Shown here in pieces: positions 8,979 to 18,609 of a stretch of 64,000 bases of DNA. This DNA is from an uncultured Gammaproteobacteria bacterium. GTDB taxonomy: Bacteria > Patescibacteriota > Microgenomatia > UBA12405. The translations under genes and the position numbers were made by a program. The stretch lies in the NCBI GenBank assembly GCA_964538765.1, contig CAZIHS010000001.1, positions 19,966-83,965 on the forward strand, given 5' to 3'. Each line of letters begins with the position of its first letter. Position 1 is the first letter of the stretch. The notes under the pieces were generated by a model. That model was given only the letters and a program-made list of their open reading frames with translations. It made no database searches and had not been told where the DNA came from.

Positions 8979-10052
8979 ATGTCACAACTTTCGGTGGGAA
9001 TAGTGGGACTGCCAAACGTTGGTAAATCGACACTATTTAACGCTCTTTTGGGTAAAAAGGTGGCCGATGCCAGCAATTATCCTTTTTGCACTATCGATCC
9101 AAACGTGGGAATAGTGGAGGTGCCGGATAAAAAATTGGAAATATTGGCCGGTATTGCCAAAAGCCAAAAGATTATTCCGGCGGCAGTGGAATTTGTTGAT
9201 ATTGCTGGATTAGTAAAGGGAGCGTCGCAGGGAGAGGGTTTAGGAAACAAATTTTTAACAAATATTAGAGAGTGTTTCGCAATTTGCCACGTGATCCGTG
9301 ACTTTTCTGACCCGGGAATAATTCGTGAGGGATCAAGTAACCCAAAAAGTGATTTTGAGATAGTCTGTGCCGAGCTTATTATTAAAGATCTGGAAACCGT
9401 AGATAAATATTTAGACAGTAATAAAAATAACGCTAAAGAAGCCGGGACCAAAAAGTATGCTATTGCCAAAAAGCTTAAGGAGATGCTTGAGCAAGGAAAG
9501 TTGGCGGTAAATATGGATTTTACTTTGGAAGAAAGGGCGATAATTAGCGATTTTTTTCTACTTACCGCCAAGCCATATTTTATGGTGGTCAACGTTGACG
9601 AGGACACCTATATGAATATCAATTCATGGAAGGTTGAGCTTGACAACTTTGAGAGGGTGATACCGATTTGCGCCAAGGTTGAATTTGAACTGTCCGAGCT
9701 TGGCGTTGATGAAAGAAAATTGTATCTGGCTGAATTGGGAATGCAAAACTCGGGTTTGGAGAGGCTTACACTGGGAGCCTATCGGGTTTTGGGGTTGTCG
9801 TCATTCTATACGGCCGGGCCCAAGGAGGCCCGGGCCTGGACGATTAACCGAGGCGATAAGGCCCCGAAAGCGGCCGGAGTGATCCACACCGATTTTGAAA
9901 AAGGATTTATTATGGCCGAAGTGGTCTCGTTTGATGATTTTGTTAAATTTGGCGGGTGGGCAGGGGCCAAGGAAAACGGCCGACTTAGGCATGAGGGAAA
10001 AGAATATGTTATGCAGGATGACGATGTGGTGGAGTTTAGATTTAATGTGTGA
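8979..10052 (+). CDS. ychF: redox-regulated ATPase YchF
   Basis: GIVGLPNVGKSTLFN, NYPFCTIDPN, DIAGLVKGAS.GEGLGNKFL, IHTDFEKGFI.AEV. Confidence 0.97.
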   Translation: MSQLSVGIVGLPNVGKSTLFNALLGKKVADASNYPFCTIDPNVGIVEVPDKKLEILAGIAKSQKIIPAAVEFVDIAGLVKGASQGEGLGNKFLTNIRECFAICHVIRDFSDPGIIREGSSNPKSDFEIVCAELIIKDLETVDKYLDSNKNNAKEAGTKKYAIAKKLKEMLEQGKLAVNMDFTLEERAIISDFFLLTAKPYFMVVNVDEDTYMNINSWKVELDNFERVIPICAKVEFELSELGVDERKLYLAELGMQNSGLERLTLGAYRVLGLSSFYTAGPKEARAWTINRGDKAPKAAGVIHTDFEKGFIMAEVVSFDDFVKFGGWAGAKENGRLRHEGKEYVMQDDDVVEFRFNV

Positions 10053-10079
10053 GACTGAAAAAGGGGATTAGCGATAATA

Positions 10080-11492
10080 CTACCGACTGATTTTTTTATT
10101 TTCAGTAATTTTCGAACTTTTTGCCAAAAGAGAGGCAATTTTTCGGAGCTGGGAGGGAGTGTTCAGCTTGGGGTTACTTTCGACCTTGGTAAATAAGGAT
10201 TGAAGAATTTGCCCTACTTTCGGCCCGGGTTTTAGATCAAGAAGCTCCATAATCTGATGGCCATTGATTTTTAAATCTTTCACCGAAAAAGGCTGTTTTT
10301 GAACCTCAACTATCCTTTTTTTGAAAAGTTCCCACCGCCAGCTGGTTTCTTTGGCACCAGATCCAAGCCGGTCGGCCCGGCGCAGGGAGATCATCTCGTC
10401 AATGTATTCTGGAGTAACGTTTCGGATAAAACGGCGAACAGCTTTGTCGGTTTGAATTTCAGAGGCTGTAAACATGTGCCATCTGACTAAACGGAAAAGA
10501 AGATCAAGCTCTTTGCTGGAAAGTCGAAGCCGCTGGCCAATATTTTTGGCGATTCTGGCACCAACCACCTCATGGTTATGAAAGGTCCGTTCTTCACCCT
10601 GACCAACCATAACCTGCGGTTTGGCGACATCATGAAGAAGGCAGGCGAGGCGGGTTATTGGGTTTTGGCTGGAACAACAATTTAGTGTTTTTAGACTATG
10701 GTTCCAAACATCATCAATATGGTGACCTTTTTGGGCAATACCAACCCCGCTTAGAATTTCCGGCATAATGTGGGCTAAAAGCCCGGAATTACGGAGTAAT
10801 TTAATGCCATCGGCTGGGGATGGAGATTTAAGAATTTTGAGAATTTCGTCGCGGACGCGTTCAAAGGCGATAAGTTTGATTTTGGCAGCATTTTTAACAA
10901 TAGATTGGAATGTATTTTCCTCAATGATAAAACTGATTTGACTGGCAATCCGAACTGCCCTGATCATCCGCAAGGAGTCTTCCTGAAAACGCTGGTCGGC
11001 ACTGCCAACAGTTTTTAGAAGCCCGTTTTTTAAATCTTTCTGGCCATCATACGGGTCAATAATTTCAAGTTTGGGTGTCGACAGGGGGTTTTTGACCAGC
11101 AGGGCAATAGCGTTGATGGTGAAGTCACGGCGCATCAGGTCTTCTTCAAGAGTCTTGCCCCATTTAACAGCATCGGGATGCCGACTGTCTGAATAACCCT
11201 GATCAGTGCGAAAAGTGGTTACCTCGTATATATTTTTTTGGCAACCGACAATGCTAAAGGTGCCAAATTTGTTGTTACAAAAACTGTTTTTGGGAAAAAT
11301 AACAGCCATTTTTTCGGGCGTCAGGTTGGTCGTAAAATCCCAATCGCTGACTGCCCGACCCATAAGGAGGTCACGGACAGCGCCGCCGACGATGTAAATT
11401 TCGGCATTGGATTTTTCAAATTTAGCGATTATTTTTAGAACTTCTGGGGGTATTTGGCGAACAAGTGACTGGAGATGGGTATTATTTTCCAT
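10080..11492 (-). CDS. cca: CCA tRNA nucleotidyltransferase with HD domain
   Basis: VGGAVRD..D.DFTT, EVTTFR, DL.RRDFTINA, RF.ED.LR, LLHDVAKP. Confidence 0.9.
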   Translation of the reverse strand: MENNTHLQSLVRQIPPEVLKIIAKFEKSNAEIYIVGGAVRDLLMGRAVSDWDFTTNLTPEKMAVIFPKNSFCNNKFGTFSIVGCQKNIYEVTTFRTDQGYSDSRHPDAVKWGKTLEEDLMRRDFTINAIALLVKNPLSTPKLEIIDPYDGQKDLKNGLLKTVGSADQRFQEDSLRMIRAVRIASQISFIIEENTFQSIVKNAAKIKLIAFERVRDEILKILKSPSPADGIKLLRNSGLLAHIMPEILSGVGIAQKGHHIDDVWNHSLKTLNCCSSQNPITRLACLLHDVAKPQVMVGQGEERTFHNHEVVGARIAKNIGQRLRLSSKELDLLFRLVRWHMFTASEIQTDKAVRRFIRNVTPEYIDEMISLRRADRLGSGAKETSWRWELFKKRIVEVQKQPFSVKDLKINGHQIMELLDLKPGPKVGQILQSLFTKVESNPKLNTPSQLRKIASLLAKSSKITENKKISR

Positions 11493-11510
11493 TTTTGTAG
11501 TTTAACCCAA

Positions 11511-11538
11511 AAACCCCCTCATGTTGATGAAGGGGTTT
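11511..11538 (-). terminator. intrinsic terminator after the RRM gene
   Basis: Minus strand AAACCCCTTCAT-CAAC-ATGAGGGGGTTT followed by further T. Confidence 0.75.
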
Positions 11539-11561
11539 GGAAAACAACAAACTTGATAATT

Positions 11562-11828
11562 TTAGGCTTGTGCTTTGTCGGGACGGGGTAACGCCTCCTT
11601 AACGGCGATTTTTCTCCCCTGTTGTTCGGATTCGTCGAGGTTTTTCATGGCCTCGGCGGCGGCTTCTTCAGTGTCGAACTCAACAAAGGCAAAACCTTTG
11701 CTTCTTCCACTGAATTTATCTTTAACAATATTGGCCGATACGACAGTGCCGAAGGCAGAAAAGATCTGCATCAGCTGGTCGTCGGTCATCGAGAATGGGA
11801 GATTACCCACAAAGAGCTTTTTGGTCAT
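11562..11828 (-). CDS. single-domain RRM RNA-binding protein
   Basis: MTKKLFVGNLPF, RSKGFAFVEF; ATG at 11828. Confidence 0.93.
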   Translation of the reverse strand: MTKKLFVGNLPFSMTDDQLMQIFSAFGTVVSANIVKDKFSGRSKGFAFVEFDTEEAAAEAMKNLDESEQQGRKIAVKEALPRPDKAQA

Positions 11829-11912
11829 TTTGATTCCTAGTACTCCTATGCCATTATTTAATAACTTAACCAAAAAATGGCATTTTTTCGGTCGCGATAG
11901 TATAACAAATTC

Positions 11913-13577
11913 ATGAATAAAAAACTAAAGCTATTAAACGACATCATTTTTGATAACCCGGTCAACGAGGACGAGATTTTGAAAATTCTTTTAAAAAACA
12001 GGGGGGTGGACAGAGCTGATTTCGACCAATTTCTTAACCCGGAAAACCCAATAAAATTAAAACTGGCCGGTTTGGGCCTGTCGGAAAAGGTGGTTAAAAA
12101 AGCCGTTGGGGTAATTTGTAACGCAATAGAAAACGGTGAAAATATTCTGGTTTATGGTGATTACGACGTTGACGGCATAACCTCGACGGCTATTATCTGG
12201 GGAGCAATATATAAAAAAACCAAAAAAGTTGCCCCTTTTATTCCAGATCGAAACGTAGATGGTTATGGCTTTAAATACGCTTCATTTTTAAAATGCGAGG
12301 AAAAGTTTAACGTGACCTTTGGTCTAATCGTCACTGTTGATAACGGAATAACGGCTAAAGACGAATTGGCTAAAGCGAGACGGCGGGGGGTGGCGGTGGT
12401 GGTGATTGACCACCATCTTAAAGAAACAGTTAACAAACAGGCAAAAGATGAAGGACCGGTGACCGTGGAAACTTCCAGACTATCAGCATCAGCGATTGCT
12501 TGGGTGGTGGCAAAAAGAATCGACACCCAGGCGGACTTAGGTTTGGCGGCGCTTGGGCTGGTGGCCGACTGTTTGCCTCTTTTGCCACCGGTTAGAAATT
12601 TTGTTTGTCACGGAATTGAAAGGCTGCGAAAGCAAATTAATCCCGGCCTGGGCCAAATACTAAAAAAAGCGGGGATAAAACAGGAAGAAATTAACAGTTA
12701 TGTTTTGGGGTTTGTGCTTGGTCCTAGGCTCAACTCGGTTGGCCGGTTGGGCGATGCCACCGACGCTTTAAGATTGTTGGTGGCAAAAAGCGGAAGCGAT
12801 TTGGACAGATATGGCCGAATAGTTGAAGAACACAACCAAAAAAGACAGGAAACACAGCAGTGGAATATTAAACAGGTCGAAAGCATAATTAACCCCGACT
12901 CTAAATTATTGTTTTACGCTTCTTCTGACATCCAAACAGGTCTGATTGGGCTGGCGGCAGGATATTTGACTTCAAAATTTTACCGACCGTCGGTTGTTAT
13001 AAGCCTGGGAAAGGAGGTTTCGAAGGGATCGGCGCGATCGATACCTGAAGTCAACATAGTTGAGATTTTGAGACATTTTTCAGGGCTTCTTTTAGAAATT
13101 GGGGGTCATAGCATGGCGGCGGGGTTTACAATTAGTACTGATAAGGTAGATGAATTTGAAAAGAAACTTGAGAAATTTATTGCCAAGAAACTTGAGGGTA
13201 TCAGTCTTGAACCTAAAGTTGAGGCCGAAGGAGTTATGCGCCTGGCGGCGGTTAGCAAAAACACATTGGCGGCAATAACCCGCCTGGAACCGTTTGGAAT
13301 TGGAAACCCCGAACCAAGGTTTTTGTTTAGAAATTTAAAAATTACCTCGATAAGAAAGGTGGGGAAAACAGGTAATCATCTAAAGCTAAGGCTTGATGAA
13401 ACTGACACAAAGCAAACAGAAAAGGTGGAAACCGACGCAATCGCTTTTAAAAAAGGAGAGTTGGGAGACAGGCTTAAGGTTGGTGATCTAATTGAGGTGG
13501 TGGCCAGCCTGTCTCTTAACCGCTGGCAGGGAAAGGAGCAAGTCGAGCTTAACGTGGCTGAAATAAATGGTGTATAA
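11913..13577 (+). CDS. recJ: single-stranded-DNA exonuclease RecJ
   Basis: YGDYDVDG, TVDNG, IDHH, GPRLNSVGRL, GSARS, GGHSMAAG, LEPFGIGNPEP. Confidence 0.95.
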   Translation: MNKKLKLLNDIIFDNPVNEDEILKILLKNRGVDRADFDQFLNPENPIKLKLAGLGLSEKVVKKAVGVICNAIENGENILVYGDYDVDGITSTAIIWGAIYKKTKKVAPFIPDRNVDGYGFKYASFLKCEEKFNVTFGLIVTVDNGITAKDELAKARRRGVAVVVIDHHLKETVNKQAKDEGPVTVETSRLSASAIAWVVAKRIDTQADLGLAALGLVADCLPLLPPVRNFVCHGIERLRKQINPGLGQILKKAGIKQEEINSYVLGFVLGPRLNSVGRLGDATDALRLLVAKSGSDLDRYGRIVEEHNQKRQETQQWNIKQVESIINPDSKLLFYASSDIQTGLIGLAAGYLTSKFYRPSVVISLGKEVSKGSARSIPEVNIVEILRHFSGLLLEIGGHSMAAGFTISTDKVDEFEKKLEKFIAKKLEGISLEPKVEAEGVMRLAAVSKNTLAAITRLEPFGIGNPEPRFLFRNLKITSIRKVGKTGNHLKLRLDETDTKQTEKVETDAIAFKKGELGDRLKVGDLIEVVASLSLNRWQGKEQVELNVAEINGV

Positions 13578-13578
13578 T
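13573..13578 (+). promoter_or_regulatory. -10 box (TATAAT) of the aspS leader transcript
   Basis: Perfect TATAAT overlapping the recJ stop, about 7 nt before the structured leader. Confidence 0.6.
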
Positions 13579-13584
13579 TGGCAA

Positions 13585-13747
13585 AGCGTTTGATTTCGGC
13601 AAACACCGAAAGAGCTGGGGGAAGAAACGAGAAATCGGATTAGAACTCCCCGGAACAAGAGCCGTTATTTCTTGGCCGTGTGTCACATTGGAAACAGAGC
13701 ACGAAATGTGTTTTGTGTTTTGACCCCGATGGACATCGGGGTTTTTT
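13585..13747 (+). ncRNA. T-box-like riboswitch leader, ultrashort Stem I, AAC (Asn) specifier
   Basis: K-turn-like base AGC/GCT with tandem GA; stem TTTCGG-CAAACA-CCGAAA; Stem II GGGGG-AAGAA..ATTAGAA-CTCCC; Stem IIA CGG/CCG followed by TTA, with 6-bp pseudoknot CAAGAG/TTCTTG; lies upstream of an aminoacyl-tRNA synthetase. Confidence 0.75.
13723..13747 (+). terminator. intrinsic terminator/attenuator in the aspS leader
   Basis: ACCCCGAT-GGAC-ATCGGGGT followed by T-tract, 19 nt before the aspS ATG. Confidence 0.85.
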
Positions 13748-13766
13748 GTTATTATTTTTTGAAGAT

Positions 13767-15113
13767 ATGAAGAAACAGGGAAGAACTTTGATTATTGAAA
13801 CGGTTGGTATGGTGGGTAAAAATGTCAGAATTAAGGGTTGGGTGTCAAGTGTTAGAAAGCATGGCAAGCTTTGTTTTGCTGATATCTGGGACAGAACGGG
13901 AATGGTGCAGGTGGTCGGTGACGAAAACATCGCGAAAGTAAAAAGTCAATCGGCGGTGGAAATTGAGGGCGTTGTTAGGGCCAGGGATAAAAAATACTTT
14001 AATCCAAAACTTGAAACAGGCAAGGTGGAAATTGGAGTGGAAAAATTTATGGTGATTTCGATGGCGCAGGATTTACCCTTTGATGTGTCAGTTCCAGAGT
14101 TGAACCTGACTTTGCCGGTATTGCTCGATAACCGGGCGGCCAGTTTAAAAAACAGCAAAATTAGGGATATATTTATTATTCAACAGTCGATAGCCTCTGA
14201 ATTTAGGAGGCATTTAACTACCCGAGGTTTTTCAGAATTTTTTGGCCCGACGCTGGTGGCAACAGCAACTGAGGGCGGGTCACAGGTGTTTAAAGTGGAT
14301 TATTTTGGTCATAAGGTCTATCTGGCTCAAAGCCCTCAGCTTTATAAACAGATTATGGTTGGCGCATATGAAAAAGTATTTACTCTGGCACATGCCTATA
14401 GAGCCGAACCATCGGTGACAACAAGACATTTAACCGAATATGTTGGTCTAGACGTGGAAATGGGGTTTATTGATAGCTGGCAGGAGGTAATCGAAGAAGC
14501 CGACAATCTAATGAAAGCGATATTTACGAAAGTCAAAAATGACCATCAAAAAATAATGGACGGTTTTGGGGTTGGAGTGCCGGTAACGGTTGATAAAACA
14601 CCGCAAATAAAGCTGAAGGATGCGTTGGAACTGATATATAAAAGAACCGGCAGGGATGTTAGGAATGAACTTGATATGGACCCAGAGGGAGAGAGGGAAA
14701 TTTGTCGGTATGCGATGGAAGAGTTTGGATCGGAAATGATTTTTGTGACCCATTTTTATACCAAAAAGCGGGCCTGGTATTCATACCCCGATCCGGAAAA
14801 TCCGGAGGAAACTTTAACTTTTGATTTAATCGGCCGGGGAGTTGAGTGGATTTCTGGCGGGCAAAGAATTAATGAATATAATCAGTTGGTAGAGAAAATC
14901 AGGGAAGTTGGGTATAATCCGCAGGATTTTGAAAACCCTTATGTTCAGGCTTTTCGCTATGGCATGCCGCCCGAGGGAGGGTTTTGTATTGGTCTTGAAA
15001 GGGTGACTCAAAACGTTCTGGGGTTGGACAACGTTAGACAGGCCAGTCTCTATCCCCGAGACATGGAAAGGGTCGACGCCCGATTGTCAAATAAGGACGA
15101 AAAATTTAAATGA
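13767..15113 (+). CDS. aspS: aspartate--tRNA(Asp/Asn) ligase, archaeal/non-discriminating type
   Basis: OB fold GWV..R.HG, TEGG..F, YLAQSPQLYKQ, YRAE..T.RHL.EY, SGGQRI, YGMPP.GG..IGLER; no bacterial GAD insert; ATG 13767. Confidence 0.9.
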   Translation: MKKQGRTLIIETVGMVGKNVRIKGWVSSVRKHGKLCFADIWDRTGMVQVVGDENIAKVKSQSAVEIEGVVRARDKKYFNPKLETGKVEIGVEKFMVISMAQDLPFDVSVPELNLTLPVLLDNRAASLKNSKIRDIFIIQQSIASEFRRHLTTRGFSEFFGPTLVATATEGGSQVFKVDYFGHKVYLAQSPQLYKQIMVGAYEKVFTLAHAYRAEPSVTTRHLTEYVGLDVEMGFIDSWQEVIEEADNLMKAIFTKVKNDHQKIMDGFGVGVPVTVDKTPQIKLKDALELIYKRTGRDVRNELDMDPEGEREICRYAMEEFGSEMIFVTHFYTKKRAWYSYPDPENPEETLTFDLIGRGVEWISGGQRINEYNQLVEKIREVGYNPQDFENPYVQAFRYGMPPEGGFCIGLERVTQNVLGLDNVRQASLYPRDMERVDARLSNKDEKFK

Positions 15114-16048
15114 AAATTAGTGAGGCTGTTGGCCGATGGGTCGATCTGGCAATTATAATTCTGATTGTTTTGCTAAATGTTTTTTGGGTGCCTGATGACC
15201 TGGTACCTTTGAGCGTGGCGGCTGGAAAAGGTAACCTGGACTTAAAACCCCTGATTGACTACAAACACCCTCCACAGGCAGACGTCAAAGAAGGCAAGGC
15301 GGGCGAGAACCTTCAGGCTATAAACTATATTTTAGTGGAAGCGATGACAAACAAGGTGTTGCTGGCCAGAAATGAGTTTTCGAGAATATATCCGGCTTCG
15401 ACAACTAAATTGGTGACAGCAATGACCGCCTTAAATCTGTACCCGCTTGAGGAAGTGATAAAAATTAACAACAATTATAAGGAGGGAAAGGTGATGGGAT
15501 TAGTGACTGGCGAACAGATTTCAGTTATGAATTTGGTGTCAGGGCTGTTGATTCATTCCGCAAATGATGCCGCCCTTGGTTTGGCCTCAAACTATGGAAC
15601 CGAGAAATTTATGGTTCAAATGAACCAGCTGGTAAAAAGGCTGGGTCTTTCTGATAGTCATTTTGAAAACCCCGACGGGGTTCATAATCCAAACCATTAC
15701 ACAACTGTTTATGATCTGGCCCAAATTGCCCGTCAGGCGATTAAAAACAACACCATAAGGCAGATGGCGAAGACTCAAAACCTAGAAGTGAGCGATTTAA
15801 CCGGAAAAATAAAACATCAACTTATTTCGACCAACGAGCTTTTAGGGAAAAGAAAGGAGGTGGTTGGTTTAAAAACCGGCTGGACACCCGAAGCCGGAGG
15901 TTGTTTCGTGGCGGTGTTTAAAGTTAACGGCAGGGAAATGCTTAGCGTGGTGGCCCAAAGTCCCGACCGTTTTGGCGATACAGAAAAATTGATAAATTGG
16001 GCTGAAGAAAATATCAGCTGGGTAAGTTACGACTCGATGGTCAACTAA
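15110..16048 (+). CDS. D-alanyl-D-alanine carboxypeptidase (peptidase S11)
   Basis: SxxK (ASTTK), SxN (SAND), KTG; N-terminal TM. Confidence 0.92.
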   Translation: MKISEAVGRWVDLAIIILIVLLNVFWVPDDLVPLSVAAGKGNLDLKPLIDYKHPPQADVKEGKAGENLQAINYILVEAMTNKVLLARNEFSRIYPASTTKLVTAMTALNLYPLEEVIKINNNYKEGKVMGLVTGEQISVMNLVSGLLIHSANDAALGLASNYGTEKFMVQMNQLVKRLGLSDSHFENPDGVHNPNHYTTVYDLAQIARQAIKNNTIRQMAKTQNLEVSDLTGKIKHQLISTNELLGKRKEVVGLKTGWTPEAGGCFVAVFKVNGREMLSVVAQSPDRFGDTEKLINWAEENISWVSYDSMVN

Positions 16049-17085
16049 TTGCTAATGTATTTGTTTTCTATAGCCGGGATATAGGCCGCAAAACTCCCGT
16101 CGCCTTCAAAAACATAAACCGGCTGTAAAAAGTTGGTTAGACTGACGGGCTCGAAATAGGCGAGACTTACTTGGCGGATTGTAAGGTTGCTGGCGGTAAC
16201 GTCTGATAATGGCCAATAGTTACCGGCTTTTAGGTCTTCGTAGGCATTTTTTGGTGACTTAATAGGATAGGAGCCGTATGAATCACGGCCTATTTGACAA
16301 TATTTGTAGTCAACCTCGATAATTCTTTTTGCTTCCATGCCCGATCCGCTAACCAAAACGGAAATGCTGGCTTGACCTGGTTTGGACGAGACAATTTTAA
16401 AACCATTCTCAATACTTTTTCGAAAAAAGTCTACTCTGACAACATTCGACTGGGCCAGCGAAGATACCGACTTTAAGCCGTCGATCTCAATTTTCCAGAA
16501 GCTAACTTTTTTTTCACCTTCATCAATATCCTGGCTGTATTTATCGGCAGTTTGTAAAAAGTTTTTAGCGTAGGCGATTGCCTCTTCTTTGCTCGGCATT
16601 TTTTCAGGATTAAGAAGAAGCTGATCCTGGGTGTAGGGATAGGTTAATTTAAAACTGCCATCGAGAACGTTCATGACAAGAGTTTTATTTGTCTGGCTGT
16701 TTTGGAATTGGTAAACACCTTCCGAAAGAAGTTCCGGCTTGTCCTTAAAACCAAGGTTAGCGGCGGTTTTGGTGTCCTGTTCCAGGGCTAAAAATGAGTT
16801 GTTGGGCCGGTATATTTCATAGACCCGGGCCTGATCACTAAATGATGGCCAACTGTCATTGGCTAATTCCAAAGAAAAAGATTTTGGGTCAAATTTTTTT
16901 TTGGGAAAAACTATTTTTGGCAAAAGTCCGTAGCGAATATTTGGCGGGGTGTAGGGCGGATGGGCCGCCCGATAGGCGGCGATGGCGGCAGTGGCTAAAG
17001 ACCAGAATATCAAAAAACCGGCCAGGCCAATACTGCCGTACTTGATCAAAAGGCGACTGGTGTGAGCCGTTTCAGTCAGTGACAT
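16045..17085 (-). CDS. hypothetical membrane-anchored protein
   Basis: Real start likely ATG 17085 (MSLTETA); N-terminal TM; TAAAAT 5 nt upstream; the longer ORF-track version overlaps gltX. Confidence 0.75.
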   Translation of the reverse strand: MSLTETAHTSRLLIKYGSIGLAGFLIFWSLATAAIAAYRAAHPPYTPPNIRYGLLPKIVFPKKKFDPKSFSLELANDSWPSFSDQARVYEIYRPNNSFLALEQDTKTAANLGFKDKPELLSEGVYQFQNSQTNKTLVMNVLDGSFKLTYPYTQDQLLLNPEKMPSKEEAIAYAKNFLQTADKYSQDIDEGEKKVSFWKIEIDGLKSVSSLAQSNVVRVDFFRKSIENGFKIVSSKPGQASISVLVSGSGMEAKRIIEVDYKYCQIGRDSYGSYPIKSPKNAYEDLKAGNYWPLSDVTASNLTIRQVSLAYFEPVSLTNFLQPVYVFEGDGSFAAYIPAIENKYISN

Positions 17086-17139
17086 AGACAATTTTAACTT
17101 AATTTTGGAGTTTTGATTTGGATAGAATAAAATAGGAAA

Positions 17140-18606
17140 ATGAAAATTAAGACGGCGGTAAGAACCCGGATAGCACCCAGCCCTACTGGTGAATTCCATA
17201 TTGGACACATGAGATCGTGCCTTTACAGCTATGCGTTGGCAAAAAAATTTGGCGGTCAATTTGTTGTGAGAATCGAAGATACGGACCAAAAGAGATTCGT
17301 GCCGGGTTCTCAAGACCGGACACTGCAAGTGATTAAGGAATACGGTCTTCAATGGGACGAGGGGCCAGACGTTGGCGGACCATTTGGGCCATATACCCAA
17401 ACCAAAAGATTGGATATTTATCAAAAACACGCGGAAATATTACTACAAAAGGGGCATGCTTACCGGTGTTTTTGCACAGAGGACAGGTTGAAAGAGATGA
17501 GAAGTTTACAGAAGCAAAAAGGTATCAGCCCAAAATACGACCGGTTTTGTTTGGGCTTAACAAATGACGAAATTAATAAAAGGCTTGGCAATAATGAAAA
17601 GTACGTTATCCGAATGAGGGTTCCCGACAATCAATCGGTCGAATTTGTTGATAAGGTTCGGGGTTTAATTAAGATTAGAACCGAAGAGATTGACGACCAG
17701 GTATTGATTAAGTCGGACGGGATTCCAACTTATCACTTTGCAGTAGTGATTGATGATCATCTGATGGAAATCAGTCACGTTTTGAGGGGCGAAGAATGGA
17801 TTACGTCGACTCCAAAACAGATTTTGCTTTATCAATTTTTTGGTTGGCAAAAACCCACCTTTGTCCATTTGACTGTTTTACTTGACCCGAGCGGATTGGG
17901 AAAAATGAGTAAAAGAAAAGGCTCGGTTTCGGCCAGAAGTTTCCTTGAAGAAGGATACTTGCCCGAAGCACTCCTAAATTTTCTAATGCTTCTGGGTTGG
18001 AATCCTGGCGATAACCGTGAAATATTTAGCCTGGATGAGTTTGTTGAGATATTTAGTTTGGAAAGACTCCACAAAAAGTCGCCAGTTTTTGACCGGAAGA
18101 AACTGGACTATCTAAACGGATATTACATTAGGAAGAAAGACGAAACAGAACTTTGTCAACATTTTCAAAAGTTCTTACCCCAGGCAAGTGAAGAACAAGT
18201 TAAAATTCTGGTTCCGGTTTTAAAAGACAGGCTGGTAAAGTTTGGTGATCTGCCAACTATGATGAAGTTTTTATTTGAAAACGTATCTTATGACCGGTCG
18301 CTATTGTTAAAGTACAAAAACGAGAAGTTGGAGGAGGAGATGGTGAAGGAAATGCTTCTGTCCGCCAGAAAAGTGGTTGAAACAAGTGAAGGGTTTGAGA
18401 CGAATATGTTGAAAGAGGAGTTTGAAAGAATGCTGTCTTTGTGCCCATGGAAGGATGAAAACAATTATGTGGGTAAATTTTACATGGTGTTGAGGGTGGC
18501 AATCTGCGGTTTGGTATTTACTCCGCCGGTGATAGAATGTTTACCGGCCCTGGGAAGGAAAAAAACTTTAGAAAAGATAGATTTGGCATTGAGTTTGTTA
18601 AACTAA
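17140..18606 (+). CDS. gltX: glutamate--tRNA ligase
   Basis: RIAPSPTG.FHIGH, RIEDTD, TYHFAVVIDDH, RGEEW, KMSKR. Confidence 0.97.
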   Translation: MKIKTAVRTRIAPSPTGEFHIGHMRSCLYSYALAKKFGGQFVVRIEDTDQKRFVPGSQDRTLQVIKEYGLQWDEGPDVGGPFGPYTQTKRLDIYQKHAEILLQKGHAYRCFCTEDRLKEMRSLQKQKGISPKYDRFCLGLTNDEINKRLGNNEKYVIRMRVPDNQSVEFVDKVRGLIKIRTEEIDDQVLIKSDGIPTYHFAVVIDDHLMEISHVLRGEEWITSTPKQILLYQFFGWQKPTFVHLTVLLDPSGLGKMSKRKGSVSARSFLEEGYLPEALLNFLMLLGWNPGDNREIFSLDEFVEIFSLERLHKKSPVFDRKKLDYLNGYYIRKKDETELCQHFQKFLPQASEEQVKILVPVLKDRLVKFGDLPTMMKFLFENVSYDRSLLLKYKNEKLEEEMVKEMLLSARKVVETSEGFETNMLKEEFERMLSLCPWKDENNYVGKFYMVLRVAICGLVFTPPVIECLPALGRKKTLEKIDLALSLLN

Positions 18607-18609
18607 CTG

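Noticed and set aside
13598-13625. GGCAAAC...CGAAAG resembles the start of a c-di-GMP-I riboswitch
   Set aside because: The GAAA is not closed by the required stem and the GACGCAAAG segment is missing; a T-box Stem I fold explains the sequence better
13680-13766. Upstream in-frame start for aspS in the ORF track
   Set aside because: Runs through the structured leader and terminator; protein homology starts at ATG 13767
17086-17430. N-terminal extension of the 461-aa minus-strand ORF
   Set aside because: Antisense to gltX; ATG 17085 has its own -10 box and is followed by a TM
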